A stretch of DNA of 31,941 bases from a virus (IMGVR_UViG_3300031949_000900:1-31941), one strand, 5' to 3'. Shown: positions 16,595-25,044, counted from the first letter of the stretch. The notes: generated by a model from the letters alone, not told the origin. Program-made: numbers and translations.

Positions 16595-16971
16595 GGCGGC
16601 TGGCCCACGGACAGTGCAGACGATCCCCGAGCAGACCCTTTGCACACTCCCCTCGCCGGAGAGATTTCCAGCTGTCTCAAGGCTCGGATAGCCGCACTCC
16701 GCTTTACCGTCAGGTGAGGCAGGATCGCGCCAAGTACAGCTCCGAGGGCCCGCCTCCTGCAGTACCACTTGACGGCGGCCTTGCGGTGACCGCGTGGCCC
16801 CTGCCAGGTCACGGTGCTCTCTGGAAAGACCTGTGCGAGCTTTCTGATCGGCTCCTCGTCGGTCATGACGACGCGGAGATGGATGCGCCCTCCGTAGAAC
16901 CCGATCGATCCCTCGCCATCGATCAGGCCTGCAGCCCAGGCAACATTAGTGCAGACGTCTGGATTCATCAT
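16591..16971 (-). CDS. Single-motif LAGLIDADG endonuclease (126 aa)
   Basis: AWAAGLIDGEGSI, V.MTD, ILPHLTVKR; ATGA-coupled start. Confidence 0.85.
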   Translation of the reverse strand: MMNPDVCTNVAWAAGLIDGEGSIGFYGGRIHLRVVMTDEEPIRKLAQVFPESTVTWQGPRGHRKAAVKWYCRRRALGAVLGAILPHLTVKRSAAIRALRQLEISPARGVCKGSARGSSALSVGQPP

Positions 16972-17258
16972 GGCCACCCGCCGGCACCGGGACATGTCTG
17001 CACCTCGCCCCCCGCCGCCTCGAACGGCCAGCGCCCCGCCCGCTCCTGCGCGGCCTGCCACGTCGCGAACCAGGCCGCCGTCGCCTCCGGGGTCGCCGCT
17101 TCCGCCTCGCCCACGAGCGCCGAGAGCGCCTGGAAGCGCGGGACGGCGACCCGCGCCCAGCGCGCCATCGCCGCCTCCCCCTGCGCGGCCTTCTCGGCCT
17201 CGAGGGTCACGGCTTGGAGCAGGCGATCGAGCAGCGCCGTGTATTCGGCCTCGGTCAT
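16968..17258 (-). CDS. Hypothetical helical protein (96 aa)
   Basis: ATGA overlaps at both ends; GC3-rich codons. Confidence 0.7.
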   Translation of the reverse strand: MTEAEYTALLDRLLQAVTLEAEKAAQGEAAMARWARVAVPRFQALSALVGEAEAATPEATAAWFATWQAAQERAGRWPFEAAGGEVQTCPGAGGWP

Positions 17259-18088
17259 GGCACGCCGGCGCCGCCGGCCAGGACACGGAGCTTGATCTGC
17301 TCGCGCTCGGCCTTCGTCGGGTACGTCCCGGGCGACGCATGGAGTTTACAGGGACGGCGCCAGTGCTCGGGAAGGCACCGTTCTCGGCCCGGTGCGGGGC
17401 AGCCGCAGGGCTGCTGCCAGGCTGAGGACATGGCGTGCTGGCCGTAGGTGCTGTCGAGCTGATCGCCCTCCTGGGTCAGCCGAGGACCGTTGTGGTATGC
17501 CGAGGCCGGATAGGTGCCGTCCGGGTTGGGGGTGGCTCTGAGCCTCTCTTCTTTTCTCCTCTGCCCGGCAGTGGCGGGCGCGCTGGCGTCGACGCCGGTT
17601 GTCGCATGGGAACCTACGGAGGGGCTTTGCTTTTCAAAGGACGGGACGGGACGGGACGGGGGGGGCGTTACATTTCCGTTACCGTACGAATCCGTAACGC
17701 CGTTCGTAACGCCGTTAGTAACATCATCTGTAACGCCACTCGTAACGGTGTTACCTCTAGCCTCTCGCCACTTCCTGACCCGCTCTCTCACCGCCTTCCG
17801 TTCTGCCTTCACCTGTGTGGAGCTCGGCTGGTACTCAGCATAGTCATGGACCCGGTACCCCCCGTTGGTCAGTTCCCACAGACGGAGCCCGACGAGGAGC
17901 CTGGCGATGCGCTGCGGTGCCTGGAGTCCGGGGGCCAGCGTCGAGATGGCCGATGCTGGGATGAACCCGTCAGTCAAGTGTTCACCGCAGTAGCACAAGC
18001 CGCAGACGAACAAGTCGCGCCCGAGGGGCCCGGCCTGGAGTGCCTTCGGGTGTCGCGGAAACCGATCGTCAATCTTCGCCCACGCCAT
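17255..18088 (-). CDS. Phage replication initiator (277 aa)
   Basis: MAW.KIDD.F..HPK...TDGFIP...HDY.EYQPS...R.RK.R N-terminal domain; internal iteron-encoded VT repeats; PSRPVPS linker; adjacent to DnaB. Confidence 0.82.
   Translation of the reverse strand: MAWAKIDDRFPRHPKALQAGPLGRDLFVCGLCYCGEHLTDGFIPASAISTLAPGLQAPQRIARLLVGLRLWELTNGGYRVHDYAEYQPSSTQVKAERKAVRERVRKWREARGNTVTSGVTDDVTNGVTNGVTDSYGNGNVTPPPSRPVPSFEKQSPSVGSHATTGVDASAPATAGQRRKEERLRATPNPDGTYPASAYHNGPRLTQEGDQLDSTYGQHAMSSAWQQPCGCPAPGRERCLPEHWRRPCKLHASPGTYPTKAEREQIKLRVLAGGAGVP
17641..17754. repeat. Iteron array / probable replication origin
   Basis: GTAAC at 17694, 17706, 17718, 17730, 17742 (12-bp period); inverted GTTAC at 17667, 17678, 17750; (ACGGG)x4 at 17641-17660. 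Confidence 0.8.
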
Positions 18089-18090
18089 CG

Positions 18091-19479
18091 CTATCGCTCC
18101 CCTTGCCCTTCGTTGTGCTCTTCCTCCCGCTCACTCCGCTCCCAGAACGTCAAGTACTCCCCCTGGTACGTCAGATCCACATCCCCGGTCTCCCCATCCC
18201 GCCCTTTCGCCACGATGAGCTGCCGGTCGCTCTTCGTCTCGTCCGGCTGCCAGAGGAACAGCACCCAGTCGGCATCATGCTCGAGCGAACCCGACTCCCG
18301 GAGATCGGCCATCGTCGGCCGCCGGATCGTCCCGCGCTCGGTCTTCGCCCGGCTCAGGGAGGACAGACACAGAACGACGAGCCCGTGTCGCTTGGCCAGC
18401 CGCTTGAGCCCGGCCGAGATGGCTTCGATCTCCAGGCGCCGTCCGTCGTTCCGCGCGGCCTTTGGGCCCTGCAGGAGCTGGAGGTAGTCGATCACGAGAT
18501 AGCGGAGCGGTGGCGCCTCCTTCCGCCCCGCGCGCACGAGCGCGGCGATCTGCCGCAGCGAGAACGTGTCATCCGAGACACTCACGGGGAGGCTTGCGAG
18601 CCGCGGCTGCGCGGCGAGCAGGCGTTGCCACTCGTCCGCATCGAGGTCCCGTTGGCGGAGTTTGCTGGCGGCCACGTGCGCCTGCTGGGCGAGCCACCGC
18701 CGGCCGAGCGCCATCCGCATCATCTCGGCGCTGATCACGAGGCTGCGCGCCTGGTGCGTCCGGGCCGCATGGATCACCCAGGCGAGATCCATCGCCGTCT
18801 TCCCCGAGCCGGGCCGGCCGCCGAAGTAGACCAGGTCCCCGGGGAGGAACCCGCCGAGCAGGTAGCGATTCAGCTTCGGGATTGGGGTCGTGATGAACGG
18901 CGGCGGCTCCTCGGACTCCATCTCCCGGAGGGTCTCCTCGATCACCTCGGCAATGGAGTACGCCCGCGCCGGCCCCTCGACGGCCGCCGTGCCATCGCCG
19001 CCGCCGTCGGCCTGGGCGAGCGCCGCCGTGCTCGCACTCGCCAGCGCCTGGGCGACCGCGGCGACGTCCTCCTGGTCGTAGCTCTGGCCGATCGCCTCCA
19101 TGCAGGCCCGAATCAGCGCGCGCCGCGCGGCCTCCCGCCGAATCAGCCCGCAGTGGGCCTCCACCGACATCGGCAGATCCGCTTCCTCGACGAGCTGGGC
19201 GAGATACGCGGGCCCGCCAATCTCCTCGAGAGCGTCGGCGCTGCGGAGCGCGTCGCGGAGGTTGACGAGGTCCACGGGCGTCTGGGCCCCGACGAGGCCG
19301 CGGAGTGCGACCATGATCTGCCGATGCTTCTCGAGATAGAAGTCGGCATCCGCGCACCAGCCCGCGACGCGCGCCGCCTCGGCCGCGCCGCCGGCGATCG
19401 CCGCCCCGAGCACCGCGCGCTCCGCCTCGGCGGAATGCGGTGGCATCTTCTGGGTCAGGAGGTCTGTGAGGGTGGCCAT
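18091..19479 (-). CDS. dnaB: DnaB-like replicative helicase (462 aa)
   Basis: PPHSAEAERAVLG, GGRPGSGKT, SAEM, IDYLQL, DLRESGSLEHDAD, AKGRDG. Confidence 0.95.
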   Translation of the reverse strand: MATLTDLLTQKMPPHSAEAERAVLGAAIAGGAAEAARVAGWCADADFYLEKHRQIMVALRGLVGAQTPVDLVNLRDALRSADALEEIGGPAYLAQLVEEADLPMSVEAHCGLIRREAARRALIRACMEAIGQSYDQEDVAAVAQALASASTAALAQADGGGDGTAAVEGPARAYSIAEVIEETLREMESEEPPPFITTPIPKLNRYLLGGFLPGDLVYFGGRPGSGKTAMDLAWVIHAARTHQARSLVISAEMMRMALGRRWLAQQAHVAASKLRQRDLDADEWQRLLAAQPRLASLPVSVSDDTFSLRQIAALVRAGRKEAPPLRYLVIDYLQLLQGPKAARNDGRRLEIEAISAGLKRLAKRHGLVVLCLSSLSRAKTERGTIRRPTMADLRESGSLEHDADWVLFLWQPDETKSDRQLIVAKGRDGETGDVDLTYQGEYLTFWERSEREEEHNEGQGER

Positions 19480-19482
19480 CGG

Positions 19483-19773
19483 CTAGAACCCCGGGGCCTC
19501 GCCGGCGTCGACGCGGAGCGCGAGGAGCTGGGCCTCGGCAGACGCGACCCGGGCGTCCGCCTCGGCGAGGTCGGCGTCGCGGGCCTCGAGCGCAGCGCGC
19601 AGGCCCCGGAGCCGGTCGGCATCCCCCCGGGCCTCGAGGCAGGCCTGGGCGAGCGTGTCCTTGCTCATCGAGAGCCCGAGCAAGCCCTCCCAGGCCCGCC
19701 GGCAGACGCGATACGCCTCGGTGAGGGCGAGCGCCTGCTCCGGCGTCAGGTCGACCGTTCGGCGACGTGGCAC
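19483..19773 (-). CDS. Hypothetical coiled-coil protein (96 aa)
   Basis: GTG start, GC3-rich, heptad-like C-terminus; abuts dnaB. Confidence 0.65.
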   Translation of the reverse strand: MPRRRTVDLTPEQALALTEAYRVCRRAWEGLLGLSMSKDTLAQACLEARGDADRLRGLRAALEARDADLAEADARVASAEAQLLALRVDAGEAPGF

Positions 19774-19931
19774 GAGGGAACCTCAAGAGAGACCGGGGGC
19801 CCAGCACGCCCCGAGCGCGAGAGGGGCCACGACGGAGGCGAGGGGGGAGAGGGGACCAGGGAGTGGGGCGACGCGCGCACGCCGAGAGACGCCGCCGGGC
19901 ACGTGGTGGGCCGCGGGTGAACCGCACGCCG

Positions 19932-21485
19932 CTATGCCTCCACGATCCGCACCGCGGCAGCCTCGACCGCGTGATAGCCCGCGGTGCCGTCATCGGTGAG
20001 GAACCCGTCTTTCACCAGGTCCTTGATGGCGACCGACAGGCCGCCGCTGTTGACGTCCGAGCCGGTCCGTGCCAGCTCCCGCCGGGTGGCGCTCTGGGTC
20101 CGCCCGTCGCGGAAGAACCCGCCCGCGATGAGCCGGGCCACCCGGCCCTTCACCGAGGCGCCATCGGCCGTGACCTCGCGGCGCTCGATCTCGACGCGCA
20201 GCTCAGGCCGCACGGTCAGCACGCGGAGCAGGGCGGGATCCGTGGGCAGCTCGGTCAAGAGCCGCGCCTTGATCGCCTGGTAGAGGGCTTCGTGCTCGAA
20301 CGTCTCGGCCACCGTCACGGCGCGCCCCGGCGCTGGGCTCGATGCCGGCGCCGGGCGCGTGGGCTCCGGTCCCGGTGAGATGCCACCGCGATCCTCGAGG
20401 GCCACCAGTCGCCGGCGCAGCTCGAGGTTCTCCTGCCTGAGGGCGTCCGCTTCGCGCTTGGTCACGTGCTCCTCCTGTCGTGGGGAGTGTCCGATAGGCC
20501 GCGCCGGCTGCGCGGGGGCGTGGACATCCTCGACGGCCCGCGTTCCGCGCGCGATCGCCTGGGCCGTTTCGGCCGTCATCCAGGCCGGCTGGGCATAGAC
20601 CTGGAGCACGTGCGTCCCCCAGCAGGCGAAGAACTGGCCGAGGCCGAGGGTGGCAATCTGCTCGGGCCGGGGGCGCTTGATGCCGGCAGGGATCTGCGCC
20701 AGCGTCCGCTTGACCTCGTTCGCCTCTCGTTGCACGCCCAGGATCCACAGCGGGACGCTCTTCAGGATGATCTTCTCGACGCCGGCGATGTCCTGGCTGT
20801 CGAGCCACAGGTAATTACGCAGGCCGGCCGCTTGACGGATGAAGGCCTCCGCGGCGAGCTTCACCGGCGTGCCCCGCCCCTGGGGAATGAACTTCCAAGC
20901 CTCGGGCACGACCACCACGGTGTCCGTCTCCCGGGCCAGGACCCAGTCGAGCGCCGACTTGATCACCAGGTGCTGCATCTCGACGGTGAGGCCCGTCAGG
21001 TCCATCGCGTTCACCCCGGGGGCGAGGGCCAGGCCCGGCGCCCAGTAGACGGCGGCGATCTGCGGCACGACGGCCTCGAGATAGGCCTCCAGCGTCAGGT
21101 ACACATCCGCGGAGAGCCCCTTGGCGGTCAGGAGCGCGCGCTGGACGTTGTGCTGCACGTCCGCGAGCGTCCGTGCCCCTTTCGAGGCCCGGATGATCCA
21201 GGCGCGCTCGAACTTGAGCTTCTCCCCGCGGCTGGCCTCGAGGATCGCGGCGACAAACTGCCAGTCCGCCTGCTCGCGGAAGTAGGGATCGATCCGGCGC
21301 GCGTCGGTGAAGCTGCCCTCCCCGCGCTTGGTGACGAACGTCACGGCCCGCAGGCCGCTGCGCGTGATCAGGGCCTCGAGCGCCGTGGTCTTGCCCGCCT
21401 CCTGCGTCTGGCCGGTGATCACCAGATGGCGCAGGGGGAGCAGGACGGGCGTCCCGGTGCCGACCTCGAAGCCCAGGGGGATCAT
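19932..21485 (-). CDS. HerA/FtsK/VirB4-like P-loop ATPase with C-terminal winged helix (517 aa)
   Basis: RHLVITGQTQEAGKTT (Walker A), VVVVPEAWKF (atypical Walker B), LDSQ, LGLGQF; start MIPLGFEVGTG. Confidence 0.78.
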   Translation of the reverse strand: MIPLGFEVGTGTPVLLPLRHLVITGQTQEAGKTTALEALITRSGLRAVTFVTKRGEGSFTDARRIDPYFREQADWQFVAAILEASRGEKLKFERAWIIRASKGARTLADVQHNVQRALLTAKGLSADVYLTLEAYLEAVVPQIAAVYWAPGLALAPGVNAMDLTGLTVEMQHLVIKSALDWVLARETDTVVVVPEAWKFIPQGRGTPVKLAAEAFIRQAAGLRNYLWLDSQDIAGVEKIILKSVPLWILGVQREANEVKRTLAQIPAGIKRPRPEQIATLGLGQFFACWGTHVLQVYAQPAWMTAETAQAIARGTRAVEDVHAPAQPARPIGHSPRQEEHVTKREADALRQENLELRRRLVALEDRGGISPGPEPTRPAPASSPAPGRAVTVAETFEHEALYQAIKARLLTELPTDPALLRVLTVRPELRVEIERREVTADGASVKGRVARLIAGGFFRDGRTQSATRRELARTGSDVNSGGLSVAIKDLVKDGFLTDDGTAGYHAVEAAAVRIVEA

Positions 21486-21580
21486 GTCAGCTTGCCGGCG
21501 CCCCGGACGGCGAGGAGGCCGACGGTCTTGGTGATGGCCTCCAGCAGCAGCATCAGGTCGGCCGCGAGGCGAAGCGTCAT
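21482..21580 (-). pseudogene. 32-aa remnant resembling the N-terminus of another HerA/DUF87-type ATPase
   Basis: MTLRLAADLMLLLEAITKTVGLLAVRGAGKLT; ATGA-coupled on both sides; ends right after a Walker A-like AxRGAGK. Confidence 0.5.
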
Positions 21581-22176
21581 CCAGCCTGCTCCCCCGCCCC
21601 CGGGGCCCGGGCGAGGAGGGCGGAGGCTGTGCACGCGTCACATGACCCATCTCCCACTCCGTCTTCGTCGACCATGCCGCACAGGCATTCCTCCTCCGCC
21701 ATGATACGGACCATCCCCTCAAGCTCCGCGACCCGCGCGGCGAGGGCGGCCACTGGGTGGCGTTGGCAGTCGTGCAGGATATGGTGGGCGAGTTCCTCGT
21801 GTGTCGCTTTGTGGAGTTCACCGAACGCACAATAGAGACACTTCGGCCGCTCGCTCTCTTCCCGGAGTTGCAGGAGTTCGCCCGCGCGAGCTTCCGTCTC
21901 GTCAGTCAGTTCCGCGACCTTCCCCCGCAGCCGCTCCCGCTCCCCCTCCAGCTCCCCGACCCGCTGCTTGAAGCTCTTCACGAGGCCATCGAGAACCCGC
22001 GTCTCCTCCTCCACCCGCGCGTGGACGGCGCGGGCCATCGCGAGCCACGAACGCTGCACGACCTCTTCGGCCGGCGATCCCCTGCCGAATCTAACGGTCA
22101 ACTCGATCCACGATGGCAGCATCGCTCGTTTGGGATGCGCGTCGTACAGCACCTCCGCCCACTCCCGCTCGGTCAT
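21577..22176 (-). CDS. Hypothetical coiled-coil/Zn-finger protein (199 aa)
   Basis: Coiled coil, CLYC...HHILHDC..H and CLC...CDAC motifs; ATGA overlaps. Confidence 0.7.
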   Translation of the reverse strand: MTEREWAEVLYDAHPKRAMLPSWIELTVRFGRGSPAEEVVQRSWLAMARAVHARVEEETRVLDGLVKSFKQRVGELEGERERLRGKVAELTDETEARAGELLQLREESERPKCLYCAFGELHKATHEELAHHILHDCQRHPVAALAARVAELEGMVRIMAEEECLCGMVDEDGVGDGSCDACTASALLARAPGAGEQAG

Positions 22177-22859
22177 GATGCCTCCTCGTCAGGCCAGAGG
22201 TGCCCCGAGATCGGCTGCTCATCGTAGCCGCGGCAGTCGGGGTCGCAGAGATCCGTCATCGGCGCCGCATCGCGCCCGCGCGGCTTCTTGCGCCGCCCAC
22301 ATGTTTCGCAGATCGGCATCGCCCAGCAGATCGCCGTGCAATGCGGCGGCTCAGCTTCCATCACATCCCCTCCCCAGCGCGGGCGCGGAGGGCGGCGGCG
22401 AGATGATCGAATGCTGCGTAGCCGCCAGCCACCGGTGGCATTGTCTCGCGGTACTGCGATGTCGTACAGATCCGCCCACGCGGCTGCCCAGTTGTGTGTG
22501 CCCGTCAGGCCGGGCCACCCCTGGGCCTCCCGCCACGCCATGATGATCTCTCTGCCGGTCATCTCCACCTCGGCCACGGGCGCACTCGGCGCAATGACAA
22601 ACGGCTCGCTCCCTCGCGCCTCGACCACCACGCCGACAGCGGGCGCGCTGGGCGCGGCGGGCCAGATGACAGCGCCCTCCGGGCTCGCCTCGTCGAGGGC
22701 GCGGGCAAGGAGGGCGACCAGCGCCTTGTCTTCCTCCACCGCGCATCGGATCTTGCCAGCATGATCCTGTCGAATGCGCTCAGACTCCCTCAACCACTCT
22801 TCGATCAGGGCGTTGGCCCGCTCCACGCTCGCCCGGCTCGGCGGGGTCGGGCTACTCAT
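22173..22859 (-). CDS. Hypothetical protein (228 aa; possibly a mosaic of 2-3 small genes)
   Basis: Open frame with internal SD+ATG sites and a Cys-rich C-terminal part. Confidence 0.45.
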   Translation of the reverse strand: MSSPTPPSRASVERANALIEEWLRESERIRQDHAGKIRCAVEEDKALVALLARALDEASPEGAVIWPAAPSAPAVGVVVEARGSEPFVIAPSAPVAEVEMTGREIIMAWREAQGWPGLTGTHNWAAAWADLYDIAVPRDNATGGWRLRSIRSSRRRPPRPRWGGDVMEAEPPHCTAICWAMPICETCGRRKKPRGRDAAPMTDLCDPDCRGYDEQPISGHLWPDEEAS

Positions 22860-22880
22860 AGCCCAGCACCCGAAGGGGCG

Positions 22881-23063
22881 TCATCGGACCACGACCCGGT
22901 TGCGCGGGAACCTGTGATACGGCAGATCGGCCGCCGCCGCCTGGAGCCGGTCGGCGAGCGCATCCCGCAGCACGTCGATTTCGAGCACGGTGAACTGTTT
23001 GATGTCGATAGACGCCACGATGCGTATGCTGCTTCCGGCTACCACCGTGATCTTCCGCTTCAT
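22881..23063 (-). CDS. Hypothetical protein (60 aa)
   Basis: MKRKITVV...; G-rich SD; ATGA overlap with the RusA-like stop. Confidence 0.6.
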   Translation of the reverse strand: MKRKITVVAGSSIRIVASIDIKQFTVLEIDVLRDALADRLQAAAADLPYHRFPRNRVVVR

Positions 23064-23497
23064 GTTCCCCCTCCCCCTTCCGCCGCTCGGGCGGTGATGG
23101 TGACGTGTACGCCAGCCCGCCCGCGCACGCCGCCGGTCGTGCTCTGGTCGAACCTGAACCGATAGGGGCTCGTGATCCCATCGCCGAGCGGCAGGAGCAG
23201 ATCCGGGCACGTGCCCCGCGCATGGGTCGGCCGGTGCGCGCACGTCGAGAGCCCGTCCTGAATCCATTTCAGCGACGCCGGGAGGTTGATGCTCGGGTCG
23301 AGCCGTCGTGATCGGACGGCATGGAAATGCACATCGGCCGGCCCGCGCGCAGGCTCGGCCCCTTCGCGCCGTGCCTTGAGGCCAACGTAGAACGCGCGCT
23401 CCCGCATCGCGCGTTTCACGCGCATCCGCTGGCGCAGCGGCATGGCGAGTATCGCGTTCGGCGAGGGCACCTCACCCGGAATGAACAGGTCGATCAT
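23060..23497 (-). CDS. RusA-like Holliday junction resolvase (145 aa)
   Basis: PSPN, RRLDPSINL..SLK..QDGL ... GD ... V.I pattern of RusA-family nucleases. Confidence 0.72.
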   Translation of the reverse strand: MIDLFIPGEVPSPNAILAMPLRQRMRVKRAMRERAFYVGLKARREGAEPARGPADVHFHAVRSRRLDPSINLPASLKWIQDGLSTCAHRPTHARGTCPDLLLPLGDGITSPYRFRFDQSTTGGVRGRAGVHVTITARAAEGGGGT

Positions 23498-23613
23498 CGC
23501 TCCCCCTGGATCTCCCGCTCCGTCCGGGGGCGGGAGCGGAGCGCGAGCGTCACGTCGCGACGGGTGGGGTCAGCAGGCATGGCGGCCCCCTCTATCTTGT
23601 GCGAAAATAGTTC

Positions 23614-23641
23614 TTGACGGCACTGATGGCGGTGCTATCAT
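23614..23641 (+). promoter_or_regulatory. Sigma70-type promoter TTGACG-N16-TATCAT with palindromic spacer
   Basis: Extended -10 (TGC TATCAT), A/T-rich upstream AAAATAGTTC, spacer GCAC-N8-GTGC. Confidence 0.7.
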
Positions 23642-23695
23642 GAGGGCATGGACAGGACGAGCAGCGCACCCGAGACGGACCAGGAGGATACGAAA

Positions 23696-24001
23696 ATGAC
23701 GAAGCTGGAGTTGGCGGAAATCGGCGCGCACTTCGACGGCACGCGGCACGGTGGCATTCGCCTGCCCGATCTCACCGCGATCACGCACGCGGTCATCGCG
23801 CAGACGTTCCCCGACGCGGCGGGGCTGGCCGTGCGGGGCTCGGCAGTGGTGGTGATCTACCGCGAGTGCGAGACGTGCGCCGATCGCTTCTGCAACCATC
23901 CAAAGTGCCAGCGCGAAGAGGCGTTTTCCGGCGCCGAAGTCGACGCGCTCATTCTCGCCCACGTGCGCGGGGCGAGCGTCAGCCCCGTGCAGGGTGCATA
24001 G
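23696..24001 (+). CDS. Hypothetical Cys-containing protein (101 aa)
   Basis: AGGAGG SD before ATG 23696 (alternative leaderless ATG 23648); CETC-x4-CNHPKC. Confidence 0.75.
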   Translation: MTKLELAEIGAHFDGTRHGGIRLPDLTAITHAVIAQTFPDAAGLAVRGSAVVVIYRECETCADRFCNHPKCQREEAFSGAEVDALILAHVRGASVSPVQGA

Positions 24002-24181
24002 ATGCCCGCCCTCACCCTCCGGCGCCTCTCTGACAGCGAGTACCGCGCCCTCCGTTTCGCGGCGGCTCTCCGCGAGCAGAGCATGGAACAGTTCGCCCGC
24101 GAGGCCCTCCGCGCCGCGCTGCTCCGGCTCGCCTCGACCGCGAAGGGCGCGCCGCTCGCGGGGCTGCTCGAGCGGTCGTAG
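24002..24181 (+). CDS. Ribbon-helix-helix protein (Arc/FitA-like, 59 aa)
   Basis: Not in the ORF track. MPALTLRRLSDSEYRALRFAAALREQSMEQFAREALRAAL...: beta strand plus two helices with the SME turn. Confidence 0.8.
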   Translation: MPALTLRRLSDSEYRALRFAAALREQSMEQFAREALRAALLRLASTAKGAPLAGLLERS

Positions 24182-24219
24182 GCGGGCGGCCGCCAGCGCG
24201 CGGGTCGTGGGGTCGGGGG

Positions 24220-24444
24220 TCATGGGGTTTCGTTATCCTTTTCCGCATCCGCCGCTTCCAGCTCGGCGCTCGCGCGGGCCAGCAGATCGACTGCTCCAGC
24301 ACCCGCTTTGGCGGCACCCGCGACGCGCGCCAACCCCTCGAACATGCACCGCATCGCCTCGACGGGCATCGCGGCGAGCTCGGCGGGCGTCAGCTTGATC
24401 TCCATGTGGAACCGAACGCAGCCGTCAATGCTTGGTTCCCTCAC
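24220..24444 (-). CDS. Hypothetical protein (about 74 aa)
   Basis: GTGA-coupled start; part of the chain of overlapping small ORFs. Confidence 0.6.
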   Translation of the reverse strand: MREPSIDGCVRFHMEIKLTPAELAAMPVEAMRCMFEGLARVAGAAKAGAGAVDLLARASAELEAADAEKDNETP

Positions 24445-24629
24445 GCCCCCCGCTCCGTCCCCTGGGCGCGCAACACGGCCCGCAGGATGAACTTCGCGCG
24501 CTTCCACATCTCCGGCGTCACGACGGTATCGCTATAGAGCGAGCACATTTCCTTCCCGTCGGCGTCCTGGATCGACAACACATTACCCGCGTCGTGCACA
24601 ACTTTCCACGGCAGGCGCCAGTCCGTCAT
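24441..24629 (-). CDS. Hypothetical protein (62 aa)
   Basis: MTDWRLPWKV...IQDADGKE...AKFI: common small phage protein pattern; ATGA-coupled. Confidence 0.65.
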   Translation of the reverse strand: MTDWRLPWKVVHDAGNVLSIQDADGKEMCSLYSDTVVTPEMWKRAKFILRAVLRAQGTERGA

Positions 24630-24961
24630 GTTCGCTCCGTCCCCGCGGCGGGCTGCTGTTTCCATAGGCCGAGCGCCATCCTGATCCGCTTCACCGCTGC
24701 CTTGCTGGGGCCGGCCGGCGTGATCCTGCTCCAGGGCGCTAGTGGCAGCAAACGCTCGGCTGTTTCCATCGCCTCGTCCTTCGTCCCCGCCCACGCACCT
24801 GGGATGGAGTAACCCGTCTGCACGTGCGTCATGCCCCAGCCGCCTGCGCGGAGACGATGCACGGCCAGCACGCCATCGAGGATGTGCGCGGAGACATTCT
24901 CTGTGCCGTTCAACAGCGTGAGCGAGACCCGGCCTCGTTTCCATCCCGTCCCCTCGCTCAC
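24626..24961 (-). CDS. Hypothetical protein (111 aa)
   Basis: LAVHR...W..THVQTG motif; GTGA-coupled. Confidence 0.65.
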   Translation of the reverse strand: MSEGTGWKRGRVSLTLLNGTENVSAHILDGVLAVHRLRAGGWGMTHVQTGYSIPGAWAGTKDEAMETAERLLPLAPWSRITPAGPSKAAVKRIRMALGLWKQQPAAGTERT

Positions 24962-25044
24962 CCACGCGCCTCCTGGGTGGCTTGTCGCATGGAACTCGCC
25001 GCGTGCTGTACCTGCTCGGAGCCGACGAGGTAGACGTGTTCCAT
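24958..25044 (-). CDS. Very small hypothetical protein (28 aa)
   Basis: MEHVYLVGSEQVQHAASSMRQATQEARG; AAGGAGG SD; coupled at both ends. Confidence 0.45.
   Translation of the reverse strand: MEHVYLVGSEQVQHAASSMRQATQEARG

Noticed and set aside
9192-16971. Group I introns or inteins hosting the endonucleases
   Set aside because: Flanking genes (terS, terL, portal, MuF) are complete and uninterrupted, there is no space for ribozyme cores, and no intein C...HN motifs were seen in TerL or DnaB.
17641-17754. Short repeats as a CRISPR-like or DGR array
   Set aside because: The 12-bp period has no spacers and lies within the initiator CDS; no cas or reverse transcriptase genes are in the window.
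19774-19931. ~160-bp gap with purine/pyrimidine skew between ATPase and coiled-coil gene as possible ncRNA or tRNA
   Set aside because: No cloverleaf, T-loop or convincing long stem found by eye; needs an Infernal/RNAfold run.
23570-24223. 217-aa minus-strand ORF coupled to the upstream gene
   Set aside because: Mostly the antisense of the plus-strand cassette and its promoter; only the first ~14 codons could be the remnant of an interrupted gene.
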